Shown: piece after piece, positions 54,419-63,821 of the stretch
Numbering within the stretch: position 1 is the stretch's first letter
Layout: every line of letters begins with the position of its first letter
IMG/VR virus record: IMGVR_UViG_3300024259_002152
Location: 286,867 to 350,866 of that record
Length of the DNA: 64,000 bases
Reading direction: 5' to 3' (one strand)
Translations under genes and position numbers: made by a program
The notes under the pieces: model-generated
The model's input: only the letters and a program-made list of their open reading frames with translations
Database searches by the model: none
What the model was told of the DNA's origin: nothing

Positions 54419-55756
54419 ATGAGTCCGAAACAGATTGTAATTGCAGTAATTGTGGTAATAGCTATCGCTCTTGTAGGGTCGCTATTCATGGGAATGGTGT
54501 CCGTTAATGACGGTCAGAATTGGGTCTACCTTCAGCATCTGAGCGGTAAGGTGGTTATTGTTGATGAGCCTGGTGTGTATTGGAAATTCTTTGGCACTGA
54601 TTGGGTATATCCTCGTTATATCGAATTTCGATATAATGACGATCCTGAGGACGGAGATTTAGCTAAAGAATCTATTCAAGTCACATATAATGATGGTGGT
54701 ATGGCAGATATTTCTACCTATATCCGTTTAGCAACTCCATCGACCCAAAAGCGACGTATTGCTTTTCATGAGCAATTTGGCGGAAATAAGGATAATATTA
54801 AAGCTTCTACCAAATCATATATGATTGATTGTTTACAATCGACAGCACCGATTATGAGTTCCTCTGAGAATCAGTCGGCACGAAAGGCTGAGTTTAGGCA
54901 GGTTGTAGAAGGACAATTGAAGTATGGCACATATAAAATGCGTAAAGAAATAATTGTTCAGAAAGACACAACTGACGCGACTGGGAAGGGTATTACTATT
55001 TTCAAGACAGAGATTATCAATGATGCAGACGGCATGCCTATTGTCGTTACTAGATCTCCTATTGCCGAAGATTTTGGTATGACCGTTGTTCAATTCTCGG
55101 TTACCGACACCGATTATGATCCTGAGACTCGTAAGCAATTTGCGGCCAAGAAGGCATCTTTTTTGCTTACAGAGCAGGCTAAGGCAGATCGTGAGAAAGA
55201 AACTCAAGAACGTCTAATGGTTATTGAGAGAGGTTTGAAGGAGAAAGCCATCGAGACTGCTAAAGCGAATGTGTTAAAAGCTAAGGCAGTTATCGCGGGA
55301 GAGTTGAAAGCCGAAGTTGCACTTCAAACTAAACTTGAAGCTGAGACCAAGGCTGCCCAGAAGCTATCGGTTGCCGAGATTAACAAACAAGAGCAGTTGA
55401 TGATTGCAAGTGCTAAGCTTGAAGTAGCTCAGATTAAAGCTAAGGAAGCTGAGCAAGAAAAGGTTGCAGCAATTTTGAGGGCTGAAGGCAAAAAAGAAGC
55501 TATTCAGTTGTCGGGGGCCATAACTGAATTGGAACAGGCGATGATCGATGCTGAAGTTGAGAAGGCAAGGGTTGTTTCCGAAGCATTAGCAAAGATCAAG
55601 GTTCCTTCGACAATGATTATCGGTGGTGGTGAAGGAAAAGGTAATACCCTTATGGAAAACCTGATCAATATGAAACTTATGACTGATACAGGTATTCTGA
55701 ATAAGACTGATATCAATGCCTCCGATGTCGATCGTAGGGTTGACAGGACAAAGTGA
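54419..55756 (+). CDS. SPFH/band 7 (flotillin-like) protein
   Basis: N-terminal TM, EPGVYWK, AEA-rich coiled coil, VPSTMIIGGG. Confidence 0.82.
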   Translation: MSPKQIVIAVIVVIAIALVGSLFMGMVSVNDGQNWVYLQHLSGKVVIVDEPGVYWKFFGTDWVYPRYIEFRYNDDPEDGDLAKESIQVTYNDGGMADISTYIRLATPSTQKRRIAFHEQFGGNKDNIKASTKSYMIDCLQSTAPIMSSSENQSARKAEFRQVVEGQLKYGTYKMRKEIIVQKDTTDATGKGITIFKTEIINDADGMPIVVTRSPIAEDFGMTVVQFSVTDTDYDPETRKQFAAKKASFLLTEQAKADREKETQERLMVIERGLKEKAIETAKANVLKAKAVIAGELKAEVALQTKLEAETKAAQKLSVAEINKQEQLMIASAKLEVAQIKAKEAEQEKVAAILRAEGKKEAIQLSGAITELEQAMIDAEVEKARVVSEALAKIKVPSTMIIGGGEGKGNTLMENLINMKLMTDTGILNKTDINASDVDRRVDRTK

Positions 55757-55785
55757 CACCTATGACCTCCATGGGTTATTTAGCG

Positions 55786-55835
55786 AACCCCCTTATTGTT
55801 TGAATAGTTATATTTAGATAGTAAGGGGGTTTTTT
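55786..55835 (+). terminator. intrinsic terminator
   Basis: Long hairpin AACCCCCTTATT/AGTAAGGGGTT plus T tract. Confidence 0.75.
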
Positions 55836-55906
55836 ATTAAAATTCCAGACAATGAGTTTTAAGTTATTATAGAATGTAAACAATAACTTTTTGTCGGAGA
55901 AATAAA

Positions 55907-56740
55907 ATGTCGAAACCTATCGGAATCATCTTGTGGCAAGGGAAATCCCTAATAGACAATGAGAGAATAGCGGTAATCGCTACAGGGATTGGTAGAGAAT
56001 CGGAAAACAGAAAAACAGGGGATATGATTCAAACCTACATTATTCGTAGGGATATTCACCCAATGTTGGCACGACGGATGGGAGAGGACAAAAGTATTTG
56101 TGGGGATTGCAAACATAAAGAAGGTAGCACATGCTATGTTAATCTCTGTCATGGTCCTATTGGGGTGTTCCATGCTCTGATTGATGGTAGTTATCGACCG
56201 TATGGGGATAAGGATATTGAGCTATTCCGAGACCGTTTCTTCAGAATTGGTTCTTATGGGGACCCTGCGGCGGTACCATATGAAGTATGGGAGAATATTT
56301 GCAGTGTTGCTAAGGGATATACTGGTTATACTCATCAGTGGAAAAACTGCGATCAAAGACTGAAAAACTATTGTATGGCAAGTGTTGATAGTATCAAGGG
56401 TTATATGAAGGAATATAATCAAGCTCAAGCAATGGGCTGGAGGACTTTCAGAATCAGAGAGAATGAAGATAATGTTTTGATGGAAAATGAAATGATTTGT
56501 CCTGCTAGTAAAGAAGCAGGGGCATTAACTACTTGTGAGCAGTGTAATCTATGTGGTGGTTTGAATAGGGCTAATGGTAGAAACCCTGTTATAATGCTCC
56601 ATGCCGATAGTGAAGCAATGGGTAGCATGTGGCGTCGTGATAGATATATCAAGATGATGAAAAAGATCAAAAACAAAAAAGCATGGCGTAGGAATTACAA
56701 AGCAGAACGTAAAGAATTTAAGAAGGTGTGTAGATTCTAA
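55907..56740 (+). CDS. Cys-rich phage protein (gp88/radical-SAM-like fold suspected)
   Basis: NRKTG, CGDC...CYV, RIGSYGDP, GYTHQW, CPAS...CEQCNLC. Confidence 0.6.
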   Translation: MSKPIGIILWQGKSLIDNERIAVIATGIGRESENRKTGDMIQTYIIRRDIHPMLARRMGEDKSICGDCKHKEGSTCYVNLCHGPIGVFHALIDGSYRPYGDKDIELFRDRFFRIGSYGDPAAVPYEVWENICSVAKGYTGYTHQWKNCDQRLKNYCMASVDSIKGYMKEYNQAQAMGWRTFRIRENEDNVLMENEMICPASKEAGALTTCEQCNLCGGLNRANGRNPVIMLHADSEAMGSMWRRDRYIKMMKKIKNKKAWRRNYKAERKEFKKVCRF

Positions 56741-56802
56741 TTTCCAGACAATGCGTTTGTTATAATGATAGATTGTAGTAATAACTTTTTTGGAGAAATA
56801 AA

Positions 56803-56967
56803 ATGACATTTACAATTGAAATCAATGCAAAAACAATTGAAGAGGCTACCTTAGTGGTTGAGAAGGGTATAAAGAGGGGTGATTTTCAACCATTTATAAC
56901 AATGGAAAATGATAAGGGTCGGGTAGTGGTTCAGGCGGATACAGTGAAATTTAGTTCGGAGAAATAA
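56803..56967 (+). CDS. hypothetical protein (54 aa)
   Basis: GGAGAAATAAAATG start. Confidence 0.55.
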   Translation: MTFTIEINAKTIEEATLVVEKGIKRGDFQPFITMENDKGRVVVQADTVKFSSEK

Positions 56968-56968
56968 A

Positions 56969-57343
56969 ATGTCCGATAGTGAGAAAAACAACGGTCCTTG
57001 GTATGTGTATTGTCAAACTTGTAAAGAGCTTATAGGAAAATGTAATAGTGTAGAAATTGCTTTTGCGATAGAACATGAACATAAAGAATCTGTAGGGACT
57101 AAATGCTGCGTTATTACAACTGGGATAAAGTGGTATTTCGATAATGCTTTTCCCGATATAGAGTTGGAACCTAGCGCTGTCCTTATCACTGTTAGTGGGG
57201 GAGTAGCAGAAGTAGTAGATCAACCCTTTGGAGTTAAGGTAGAGATTAGAGATTATGATGTCGAAGAGCCTGATGCAGAGAATAGTGATAATTGCAAACA
57301 AGACGATGATGGGAATTGGTATCAAGAAATAATATGGAAGTAA
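56969..57343 (+). CDS. hypothetical protein
   Basis: GGAGAAATAAAATG start; VSGGVAE...IRDYD. Confidence 0.7.
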   Translation: MSDSEKNNGPWYVYCQTCKELIGKCNSVEIAFAIEHEHKESVGTKCCVITTGIKWYFDNAFPDIELEPSAVLITVSGGVAEVVDQPFGVKVEIRDYDVEEPDAENSDNCKQDDDGNWYQEIIWK

Positions 57344-57383
57344 TCAAAACAACAACCATTGATCAATTACAGGAGTAACAACA

Positions 57384-58160
57384 ATGGGAACCAGAGGTAA
57401 GAAAATTTGTGAATGTGGCACCGAAGTAGGGGCAAGAACTCGTGTATGTTCTTGTGGTTATGAATTTTATGAGAAGAGAGTCGCTGAGCCTAAAAAGGTA
57501 GAAGTAGTTGAACAATCCCCAGGTGAAGGTAGGAAACAATGTTCTTGTGGTTTCTTTATGAACTCAAGAATAAAGTTCTGTCCTACTTGCAATGAAAGAG
57601 TGGTTTGCAAACCAAAAGAGCGCAAAGCTATAGAGCAAGTCCCAGGTCCTGGTAGAAAACAGTGTGCTTGTGGGGTGTTTGTAGCTTTGAGAATCAAAAT
57701 TTGTCCTTCTTGTAATCAGGAGATTGTTACTAAACCCAAAGAGCCAAAAGAAGTTAAGCCAGTAGAGCAGTCCCCAGGGATAGGTAGAAAACAATGTGTT
57801 TGTGAGTTGTTTGTTGGGGGAAGAACAGGTATTTGTCCGTCGTGTGGTCATGTTTTTGTTCCTGGCGAAAGGCAAGAAAGAGAGAAGAAAGAAAGAGCAG
57901 CAAGAAAGGCAGAAAAGGCTGAGATTCAGAGACCTATGACTCGAGCTGAGAAATTTACTCAGCAACTATTAAAACAGTTTTATGATAATCCTCCAGAAGT
58001 GTTGGAAATGAAGGGTTTAACTGCTGATGATCATGCCCATCGGGTATTGGGACTAGGTGAGGAAAGAGCTGGGATTTTACTTTTTCAGCACAAAACCAAA
58101 CAAGGAGAAAGTTGGTCCCATGTTAATTGGAAACTTGTTGAAGAGCAACTAACCAAATAA
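57384..58160 (+). CDS. zinc-ribbon repeat protein
   Basis: Four G(R/K)KxCxC...RxxxC(P)xC repeats. Confidence 0.75.
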   Translation: MGTRGKKICECGTEVGARTRVCSCGYEFYEKRVAEPKKVEVVEQSPGEGRKQCSCGFFMNSRIKFCPTCNERVVCKPKERKAIEQVPGPGRKQCACGVFVALRIKICPSCNQEIVTKPKEPKEVKPVEQSPGIGRKQCVCELFVGGRTGICPSCGHVFVPGERQEREKKERAARKAEKAEIQRPMTRAEKFTQQLLKQFYDNPPEVLEMKGLTADDHAHRVLGLGEERAGILLFQHKTKQGESWSHVNWKLVEEQLTK

Positions 58161-58221
58161 TTCCAGACAACGCGTTTATTACTTTGATAGGTTGTAATAT
58201 CAACTTTTTGGAGAAATAAAA

Positions 58222-58401
58222 ATGGCAATAGACAGAACAAAGAACACCACAATAATAGTGAATAAAGAGGATATTGATAGTCCCGATCACCCTAACTTGT
58301 GGAGTAGTTGGCTAGACACTTTGGGGATAGACCCAGAAGCCACAGAAATCTGTTTGAGAAGGTCTTCTTTGGACCACAATAGAAATGATGATAGGGAGTA
58401 G
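58222..58401 (+). CDS. hypothetical protein (59 aa)
   Basis: GGAG RBS after TTCCAGACAA element. Confidence 0.55.
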   Translation: MAIDRTKNTTIIVNKEDIDSPDHPNLWSSWLDTLGIDPEATEICLRRSSLDHNRNDDRE

Positions 58402-58403
58402 TT

Positions 58404-59735
58404 ATGTCAGCGATAACAGAACATAAGAAATGTATTTGTGTAGAATTTGGAGATACTAACAACAACAAGGTATGGCAATATACTTTGTATGATGATGACA
58501 CTGCCTTAACAGAGTGGGGGAGAGTTGGGAAAGGTCTACAAAGTAAGATAACAAGTCATTCTCAGGCTCTTAAAAAGTGGAGAGAAAAAACCAATTCCAA
58601 TAACAAACCCGACAAAATGTATACTGAAGTAAAAGCAGTTGATACGGGGGGTTCTGTTTCTGTCGGCTCTGTTAAAAATGCAGAATTGAAAGATGTTGCT
58701 AAGAAACAGATTAAATCTAAAAATCCTGTTATTGCACAACTTATTGATTTTCTTGTTCAAGTCAATGCCCATCAGATTTTGAAACAATCGGGTGGCAAGA
58801 TCATGTATGATGCAAACTCCGCACAATTCAAAACACCACTCGGAGTTATTGACCCAGTGCAAGTAGCAGAAGCTAGAGATTTGCTTGTTATGATTTCTGA
58901 TTTTGTAAAGGCTGAGGACTTTGATAATAAAGAATTTGGTAGGATTCTTAATTCCTATCTTAGACTTATTCCTCATGATGTAGGAATGTCTAAGATTTCT
59001 ACTGGACGAATATTTCCTAATACTCAAACAGTTATTGCAGAGAATGATTTGCTTGATGGTTTGGAAACTTCCTTTATTGATATTACGACAAAGCCGACAA
59101 AGAAGAAAACCAAAAAGAAAGATGCTCCACAAATTTTTAATGTTGAAATGGAGATTGTAAGTGATAAGCAAATCTTGTCTCATGTCAAGCACCTTTATCA
59201 ATCGACAAGAAAGAGTATGCACCAATCTAACAATCTTTCTGTTCAAACAGTTTATGCTGTAACGATCAAGAACATGAAAGATGGATATGATAAGCATGGT
59301 GCTAAGATGAGTAACATTTGGCAGTTGTGGCACGGAACAAAGGCAAGTAATCTTTTGTCTATTATGAGGCAAGGTTTGATTATTCCTTCTTCCAGTTCTG
59401 GTCATGTGACAGGTCGAATGTATTCCGATGGGGTGTATTTTTCTGACATTAGTACTAAAGCACTGAATTATGCTACGAACTACTGGGGAGGTGGAGGCAA
59501 TACTGATAAAACGTTTATGTTTTTGGCGGACGTAGCGATGGGTAATTACCATATCGCCAAAAGTAGTTGGACTAAATATCCTATTCCTGGTTCGGATAGT
59601 ACATGGGCGAAAGGCAGAGATAAAGGGGGAGTTAATTCTGGAGTGGTCAACGATGAAATGATAGTATATCGTCTTGATCAGTGTAATCTTGTTTATTTGG
59701 TAGAATTTGTGCCAAATTCTCAGCTTAGAACATAA
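58404..59735 (+). CDS. WGR-domain poly(ADP-ribose) polymerase (PARP)-like protein
   Basis: NNNK...EWGRVG; YLRLIPH regulatory domain; LWHGT, GRMYSDGVYFS, KALNY, DEMIVY. Confidence 0.9.
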   Translation: MSAITEHKKCICVEFGDTNNNKVWQYTLYDDDTALTEWGRVGKGLQSKITSHSQALKKWREKTNSNNKPDKMYTEVKAVDTGGSVSVGSVKNAELKDVAKKQIKSKNPVIAQLIDFLVQVNAHQILKQSGGKIMYDANSAQFKTPLGVIDPVQVAEARDLLVMISDFVKAEDFDNKEFGRILNSYLRLIPHDVGMSKISTGRIFPNTQTVIAENDLLDGLETSFIDITTKPTKKKTKKKDAPQIFNVEMEIVSDKQILSHVKHLYQSTRKSMHQSNNLSVQTVYAVTIKNMKDGYDKHGAKMSNIWQLWHGTKASNLLSIMRQGLIIPSSSSGHVTGRMYSDGVYFSDISTKALNYATNYWGGGGNTDKTFMFLADVAMGNYHIAKSSWTKYPIPGSDSTWAKGRDKGGVNSGVVNDEMIVYRLDQCNLVYLVEFVPNSQLRT

Positions 59736-59803
59736 ATAAAGGATTTTTATTTGTATATTAGAATATATACTTCATAACAAGAATTATATATGGAGTATAT
59801 AAA

Positions 59804-60610
59804 ATGAGTAAATATCCTTTATTAGATAACAAAGAATGGCTTTATAGTAAGTATATTCAAGAATATCTTGGTTTTAGAGCGATATGTAAATTAGTAGGAG
59901 CACAAAGCACTAATTCTGTTAGACAATCATTAATAAAGCACTCTATTCCAATTAGAACTATTGGAGATGGTATCAGAATTAATAGAGTAGATGATGGTTT
60001 TATTATTAACAAAGAAGTTATAGAAGGTTGTTTATTAGGAGATGGTTTCTTATGTAAGTGGAATAAAAAAAATGATAATTCTTTTCCTTATTTCGCGAAA
60101 AGAAATAAATATTATGATCATATAATATATGTTTCTAGAATTCTTTTTGGTAATAAGTGGAAGGAAAGGACAAAAGAGAATGATGAAAAAAGTTTAGGAA
60201 AAAGACATGTAGTATTTACTTTAAGAAGTTTGTCAAATAAGCTTTTACAATCATTTTATAAAAGGTGGTATCCTGAGTGGAATAATTATAAAAAAGTAAT
60301 ACCTGATGATATTGATATAACACCAACATTACTACTACATTGGTTTTTAGATGATGGTAATTCTTACCAAAGAAGAAAAAATAGTAGCACCAAACAAATA
60401 GTTATAACTCTTTGTAGTGAATGCTTTAATAAAGATGATCAACAAATGATAGTGGAAAAAATAAACTACATTTTTGGTTTAGTTTGCACTTTGAAGAAGG
60501 TTAATTATGGCACTGGATATCAGATACGTATTCCTCAATCTCAAGCATCTTTGTTTTATGATATTATAGGTCCTTGCCCTGTTCCAAGTATGAAATATAA
60601 ATGGAAGTAA
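59804..60610 (+). CDS. free-standing LAGLIDADG homing endonuclease
   Basis: GCLLGDG and WFLDDG motifs. Confidence 0.87.
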   Translation: MSKYPLLDNKEWLYSKYIQEYLGFRAICKLVGAQSTNSVRQSLIKHSIPIRTIGDGIRINRVDDGFIINKEVIEGCLLGDGFLCKWNKKNDNSFPYFAKRNKYYDHIIYVSRILFGNKWKERTKENDEKSLGKRHVVFTLRSLSNKLLQSFYKRWYPEWNNYKKVIPDDIDITPTLLLHWFLDDGNSYQRRKNSSTKQIVITLCSECFNKDDQQMIVEKINYIFGLVCTLKKVNYGTGYQIRIPQSQASLFYDIIGPCPVPSMKYKWK

Positions 60611-60685
60611 AATTCCAGACAATGAGTTTCTTAAAACAATAGAGTAGTTACGAATAAAAACTAATAATTTTACGGAGAAACAAAA

Positions 60686-61270
60686 ATGTGTACGACAGCA
60701 ACAGCATCTTTAATTGTTGAGACTATTGAGAAATTTTGCCAGGACGATGATGTTTTTACTGCTTTTGATATTACGAAAGAAGTAAGAGCAAAAACTTCTG
60801 AGCGTATTTCTCATAATGATGTAAGAAGAATTGTTGTTAATGAACTCGCTCCAAATGCTGATTACGACAAAGATCTTTGTGTTCTTAATGTGCCGAGCAA
60901 TCCAACTGCTTTGGTTTATTTTCCTGATGGAAAATCTGCCACGGACCATCCTTTGGTCTCTGCTGGCACTGTTGTCGATGATGGGACTGATGTTGATGAT
61001 GACGATGATGACGAGGAGGATGATAATAACGATTTAGCAGATGATGAGTATGAACTTACGTCGGAAGGTAGGGTTGAAATTCCTAAGACCATATTGACTC
61101 AAGTGACTGCTAATGCAGGTAGTTACGACATTTTGGTCAAAGGATCGTTGAAATGTGTAACACCGAATGCTGATGGTCGTGTCAGGGTATGCTTGAAACA
61201 GATGGGTATTAGTGATAAGGTGACATTATCGGTAGATTCGACTAATAACACTATCAACATTACGAGTTAA
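60686..61270 (+). CDS. putative DNA-binding protein with acidic linker and tandem AbrB/MraZ-like C-terminus
   Basis: FTAFDIT N-terminus; LTSEGRVEIP and NADGRVRV repeats. Confidence 0.55.
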   Translation: MCTTATASLIVETIEKFCQDDDVFTAFDITKEVRAKTSERISHNDVRRIVVNELAPNADYDKDLCVLNVPSNPTALVYFPDGKSATDHPLVSAGTVVDDGTDVDDDDDDEEDDNNDLADDEYELTSEGRVEIPKTILTQVTANAGSYDILVKGSLKCVTPNADGRVRVCLKQMGISDKVTLSVDSTNNTINITS

Positions 61271-61354
61271 CAACAGTTTCTGTTTGGAGGAGCAGGTTGA
61301 CAATTTCCGTCGTCTTCCTGCTCCTCATTTTTCAAAATGGTATAAGGAGTAAAT

Positions 61355-61546
61355 ATGTATCTTTTAAGGTTCCATGATAGAGAGGAGTTGTCAGATATGA
61401 GAATTTCTGATCACATAGAAACTTTGAAGGCATTTGCTCGGAACGATATAGATGGAGAGTTGCAATTCAAAGGATTTTTTGATATAGTTTCTGTCAATTG
61501 TAAGGGACAAGAGATAGGGATTATTGGGGAAGTGACTGAAATATAA
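61355..61546 (+). CDS. hypothetical protein
   Basis: AAGGAG RBS. Confidence 0.6.
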   Translation: MYLLRFHDREELSDMRISDHIETLKAFARNDIDGELQFKGFFDIVSVNCKGQEIGIIGEVTEI

Positions 61547-61574
61547 GAAGTTGTGTAGCATTTTATTTCTCTGT

Positions 61575-61610
61575 AGGGAGTAGGCGTGGTTTCCTACTCC
61601 CTTATTTTTT
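61575..61610 (+). terminator. intrinsic terminator
   Basis: AGGGAGTAGG/CCTACTCCCT plus T tract. Confidence 0.75.
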
Positions 61611-61630
61611 CTAGACAATGAGGTTGTTAT

Positions 61631-61936
61631 ATGAGAATTCAAACAGAAGTAGAGCATATATTTAGAGTTTTTGTATATTGTCCGAAAGGACATAAAGTTA
61701 AAGGACATTCTGAATGGATATTTTCTCATCCAAAATGTATTTCATGTCAAAAAAGAAAACATGAGGGCAAAACTTTTTTCAGAATAGATTTTTTAGGTGT
61801 TGCCCCACAGGACAGGGTTAAAATAAGAAAATATTGTAGAGACCAATTAAGAGAATATTATGAAAAATATATCATTATGAACAGGAAAAAGGAAAATAAT
61901 TCCAGACAACGTGTTTCTCAGAATGGTATAGTGTAG
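61631..61936 (+). CDS. hypothetical protein
   Basis: CPKGH...CISC. Confidence 0.6.
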   Translation: MRIQTEVEHIFRVFVYCPKGHKVKGHSEWIFSHPKCISCQKRKHEGKTFFRIDFLGVAPQDRVKIRKYCRDQLREYYEKYIIMNRKKENNSRQRVSQNGIV

Positions 61937-61966
61937 CACTGATTAAAACTCTTTTGGAGAAATAAA

Positions 61967-62278
61967 ATGAACCAGATACCTGAATTAAAATCCTACCAGG
62001 ACAATGAGATCAAAGAGGGAAGTGAATTTGCCAAGATGGTGGCAGATAAGATCAATAGTGGTTATGGGACTAGTAAGTTATTCCGAAAGGGATTTGCTGC
62101 CACTATAGCAGGTCCAAAGACCCACAATACAGTTCAGCAACTATTTTTTAAGTTGGTTCAAGAGTGTATTAAAGAAATGGCTAATGCTAGGTTTGTTGAT
62201 GGTCGAAACCAGGATAGTCATGAATTTGCAAAAGAGTGTTTGGATACAATAGAGAAGCACTGTTTGCCATATATCTAA
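61967..62278 (+). CDS. hypothetical protein
   Basis: HNTVQQ...DGRN...LPYI phage-type motif. Confidence 0.7.
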   Translation: MNQIPELKSYQDNEIKEGSEFAKMVADKINSGYGTSKLFRKGFAATIAGPKTHNTVQQLFFKLVQECIKEMANARFVDGRNQDSHEFAKECLDTIEKHCLPYI

Positions 62279-62294
62279 TTTTCGGAGAAATAAA

Positions 62295-62513
62295 ATGAGC
62301 AAAGAAACAAAAGCAGTCCAAAAGAAATGTTTTAATAAGTGTCCTAGATGTGAGGCTGGGATAAAAGATATTGAATATGTTGAATGGGGAGCATATGAAT
62401 GCTCAGGAGAGACAATCATACAAAAGGCTGTATGTAAACAATGTGGACAAGAATTTACAGAGAATTATGTCTATTCTTACTCTGAGATAGAATTTGAGGT
62501 AGAAACAAAATGA
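62295..62513 (+). CDS. zinc-ribbon protein
   Basis: CPRC...CKQCG. Confidence 0.65.
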   Translation: MSKETKAVQKKCFNKCPRCEAGIKDIEYVEWGAYECSGETIIQKAVCKQCGQEFTENYVYSYSEIEFEVETK

Positions 62514-62689
62514 CTGTTAAAGAACTAATAGACGAACTTTCACAAATGCCTATGGACACAAAGGTTGTAACTACAGAATATGCAAGCCCCGAGGATTCTG
62601 TACCGTATGTAAAAGATATAACGGAACCAATGTATCATAAAAATGGTATTTTAGGAACACATGGAGAGCCAGTTGTAGATATCTCATAA
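62510..62689 (+). CDS. hypothetical protein (paralog A)
   Basis: MTVKELIDELSQMPMD. Confidence 0.6.
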   Translation: MTVKELIDELSQMPMDTKVVTTEYASPEDSVPYVKDITEPMYHKNGILGTHGEPVVDIS

Positions 62690-62757
62690 TAATTCCAGAC
62701 AATGAGTTTCTTATTATGATATACTGTAAACAATAACTTTTTTGTCGGAGAAATAAA

Positions 62758-62928
62758 ATGACTGTTAAAGAACTAATAGAGGAACTTTCTCAACTACCTA
62801 TGGATGCACAAGTTATAGCAACTGTGCGTGGAGGTGATAGTTCGTATTCGGATTATATTAGCACTACAGTATGTCACGAGAAAGGTCTTGCAGGAATTAC
62901 TGAAGAAACAGTTGTGGAAATAGATTAG
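62758..62928 (+). CDS. hypothetical protein (paralog B)
   Basis: MTVKELIEELSQLPMD. Confidence 0.6.
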   Translation: MTVKELIEELSQLPMDAQVIATVRGGDSSYSDYISTTVCHEKGLAGITEETVVEID

Positions 62929-62953
62929 TAGAACTTTTTTTTGGAGAAATAAA

Positions 62954-63511
62954 ATGAGTTTTGGTTCAACTGAAAGTATAAAAAAGATACTAGATAATCC
63001 ATGTCTTCCAGGTCTCCTAAAAACAGTAGAGGGAGATGCTACAGACCCCCAATTCATAAAATCGAATGAGATAGCTATCATTCCTCATTGTTGTAATAAC
63101 AAAGGACAATGGGGAAAAGGTTTTGTTCTAGCACTGAGCAAAAAGTGGAAAAGACCAGAGAGTATATATAGAAATTTTTGTAAAATACACCAAGAAGAAA
63201 ATATTTTGGGTAGGAATTGTTCTGCTAAAATAGATGATCATCTTGCTATTGTTAATATGATAGCTCAAGATGGGACTGTTTCGGAAGATAATCCTAAACC
63301 CATTAGATACAAAGCACTTGTGCAATGTATGACACGGGTAGTTGATTATATTGAAATGATAAAATCTCAGAATACTAATCCTATTGCTATACATTGTCCC
63401 AAGTTTGGAAGTGAACTCGCGGGCGGGACATGGTCTTTCATATTAGAGCTTATCCATGAAATATGGATAGATGCTGGTATCGATGTTGTAATCTATGAGT
63501 ATAAGGGTTAA
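62954..63511 (+). CDS. macrodomain protein (ADP-ribose processing)
   Basis: GDAT, IPHCCNNKGQWGKGF, CPKFGSELAGGTW. Confidence 0.88.
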   Translation: MSFGSTESIKKILDNPCLPGLLKTVEGDATDPQFIKSNEIAIIPHCCNNKGQWGKGFVLALSKKWKRPESIYRNFCKIHQEENILGRNCSAKIDDHLAIVNMIAQDGTVSEDNPKPIRYKALVQCMTRVVDYIEMIKSQNTNPIAIHCPKFGSELAGGTWSFILELIHEIWIDAGIDVVIYEYKG

Positions 63512-63515
63512 AAAA

Positions 63516-63821
63516 ATGAGTAATTATGTATTTGTAGATATTATCGAATGTCGAAAAATGTATGAGAGAAAAGATTCTGCATGGATATGTGTAAGAATGC
63601 AGGACGGTTACAGCACTGGGCAAGTGGATATTCCTACTGAAGATAGTGGAGTGAATATTTATGATAATCTGGGCATTTTAGAATGGTGTAAAGACTTTGG
63701 TTCAGATGATAGTGTAGAGATGGCTGATCTTATTGATTACATTATTGAGGAGGAATGCTCTGTTACTATTAACGGCACCGAGTATAGTTGGGATGAAATA
63801 AAGCACTTATTTGGAGAATAA
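63516..63821 (+). CDS. hypothetical protein
   Basis: Packed array. Confidence 0.6.
   Translation: MSNYVFVDIIECRKMYERKDSAWICVRMQDGYSTGQVDIPTEDSGVNIYDNLGILEWCKDFGSDDSVEMADLIDYIIEEECSVTINGTEYSWDEIKHLFGE

Larger units (their letters stand above)
6136..62702 (+). repeat. dispersed TTCCAGACAA element (at least 21 exact copies; probable phage promoter)
   Basis: Copies at 6136, 9369, 13742, 14164, 14411, 15061, 17028, 37324, 38627, 39200, 45468, 46249, 50719, 51236, 52155, 55843, 56742, 58161, 60613, 61900, 62693. Confidence 0.9.

Noticed and set aside
58536-59552. 338 aa minus-strand ORF
   Set aside because: It lies wholly antisense to the motif-rich PARP gene and has no recognisable motifs; a shadow ORF.
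59804-60610. LAGLIDADG gene as part of an intron or intein in the PARP gene
   Set aside because: The PARP ORF ends cleanly after the catalytic Glu, and the endonuclease has its own promoter motif and RBS.
6136-62702. TTCCAGACAA or TAGCACCGAAT repeats as a CRISPR array or integron attC sites
   Set aside because: Spacing is irregular and gene-sized, the repeats are short and not palindromic, there are no attC R/L boxes, and no cas or integrase gene is in the window.
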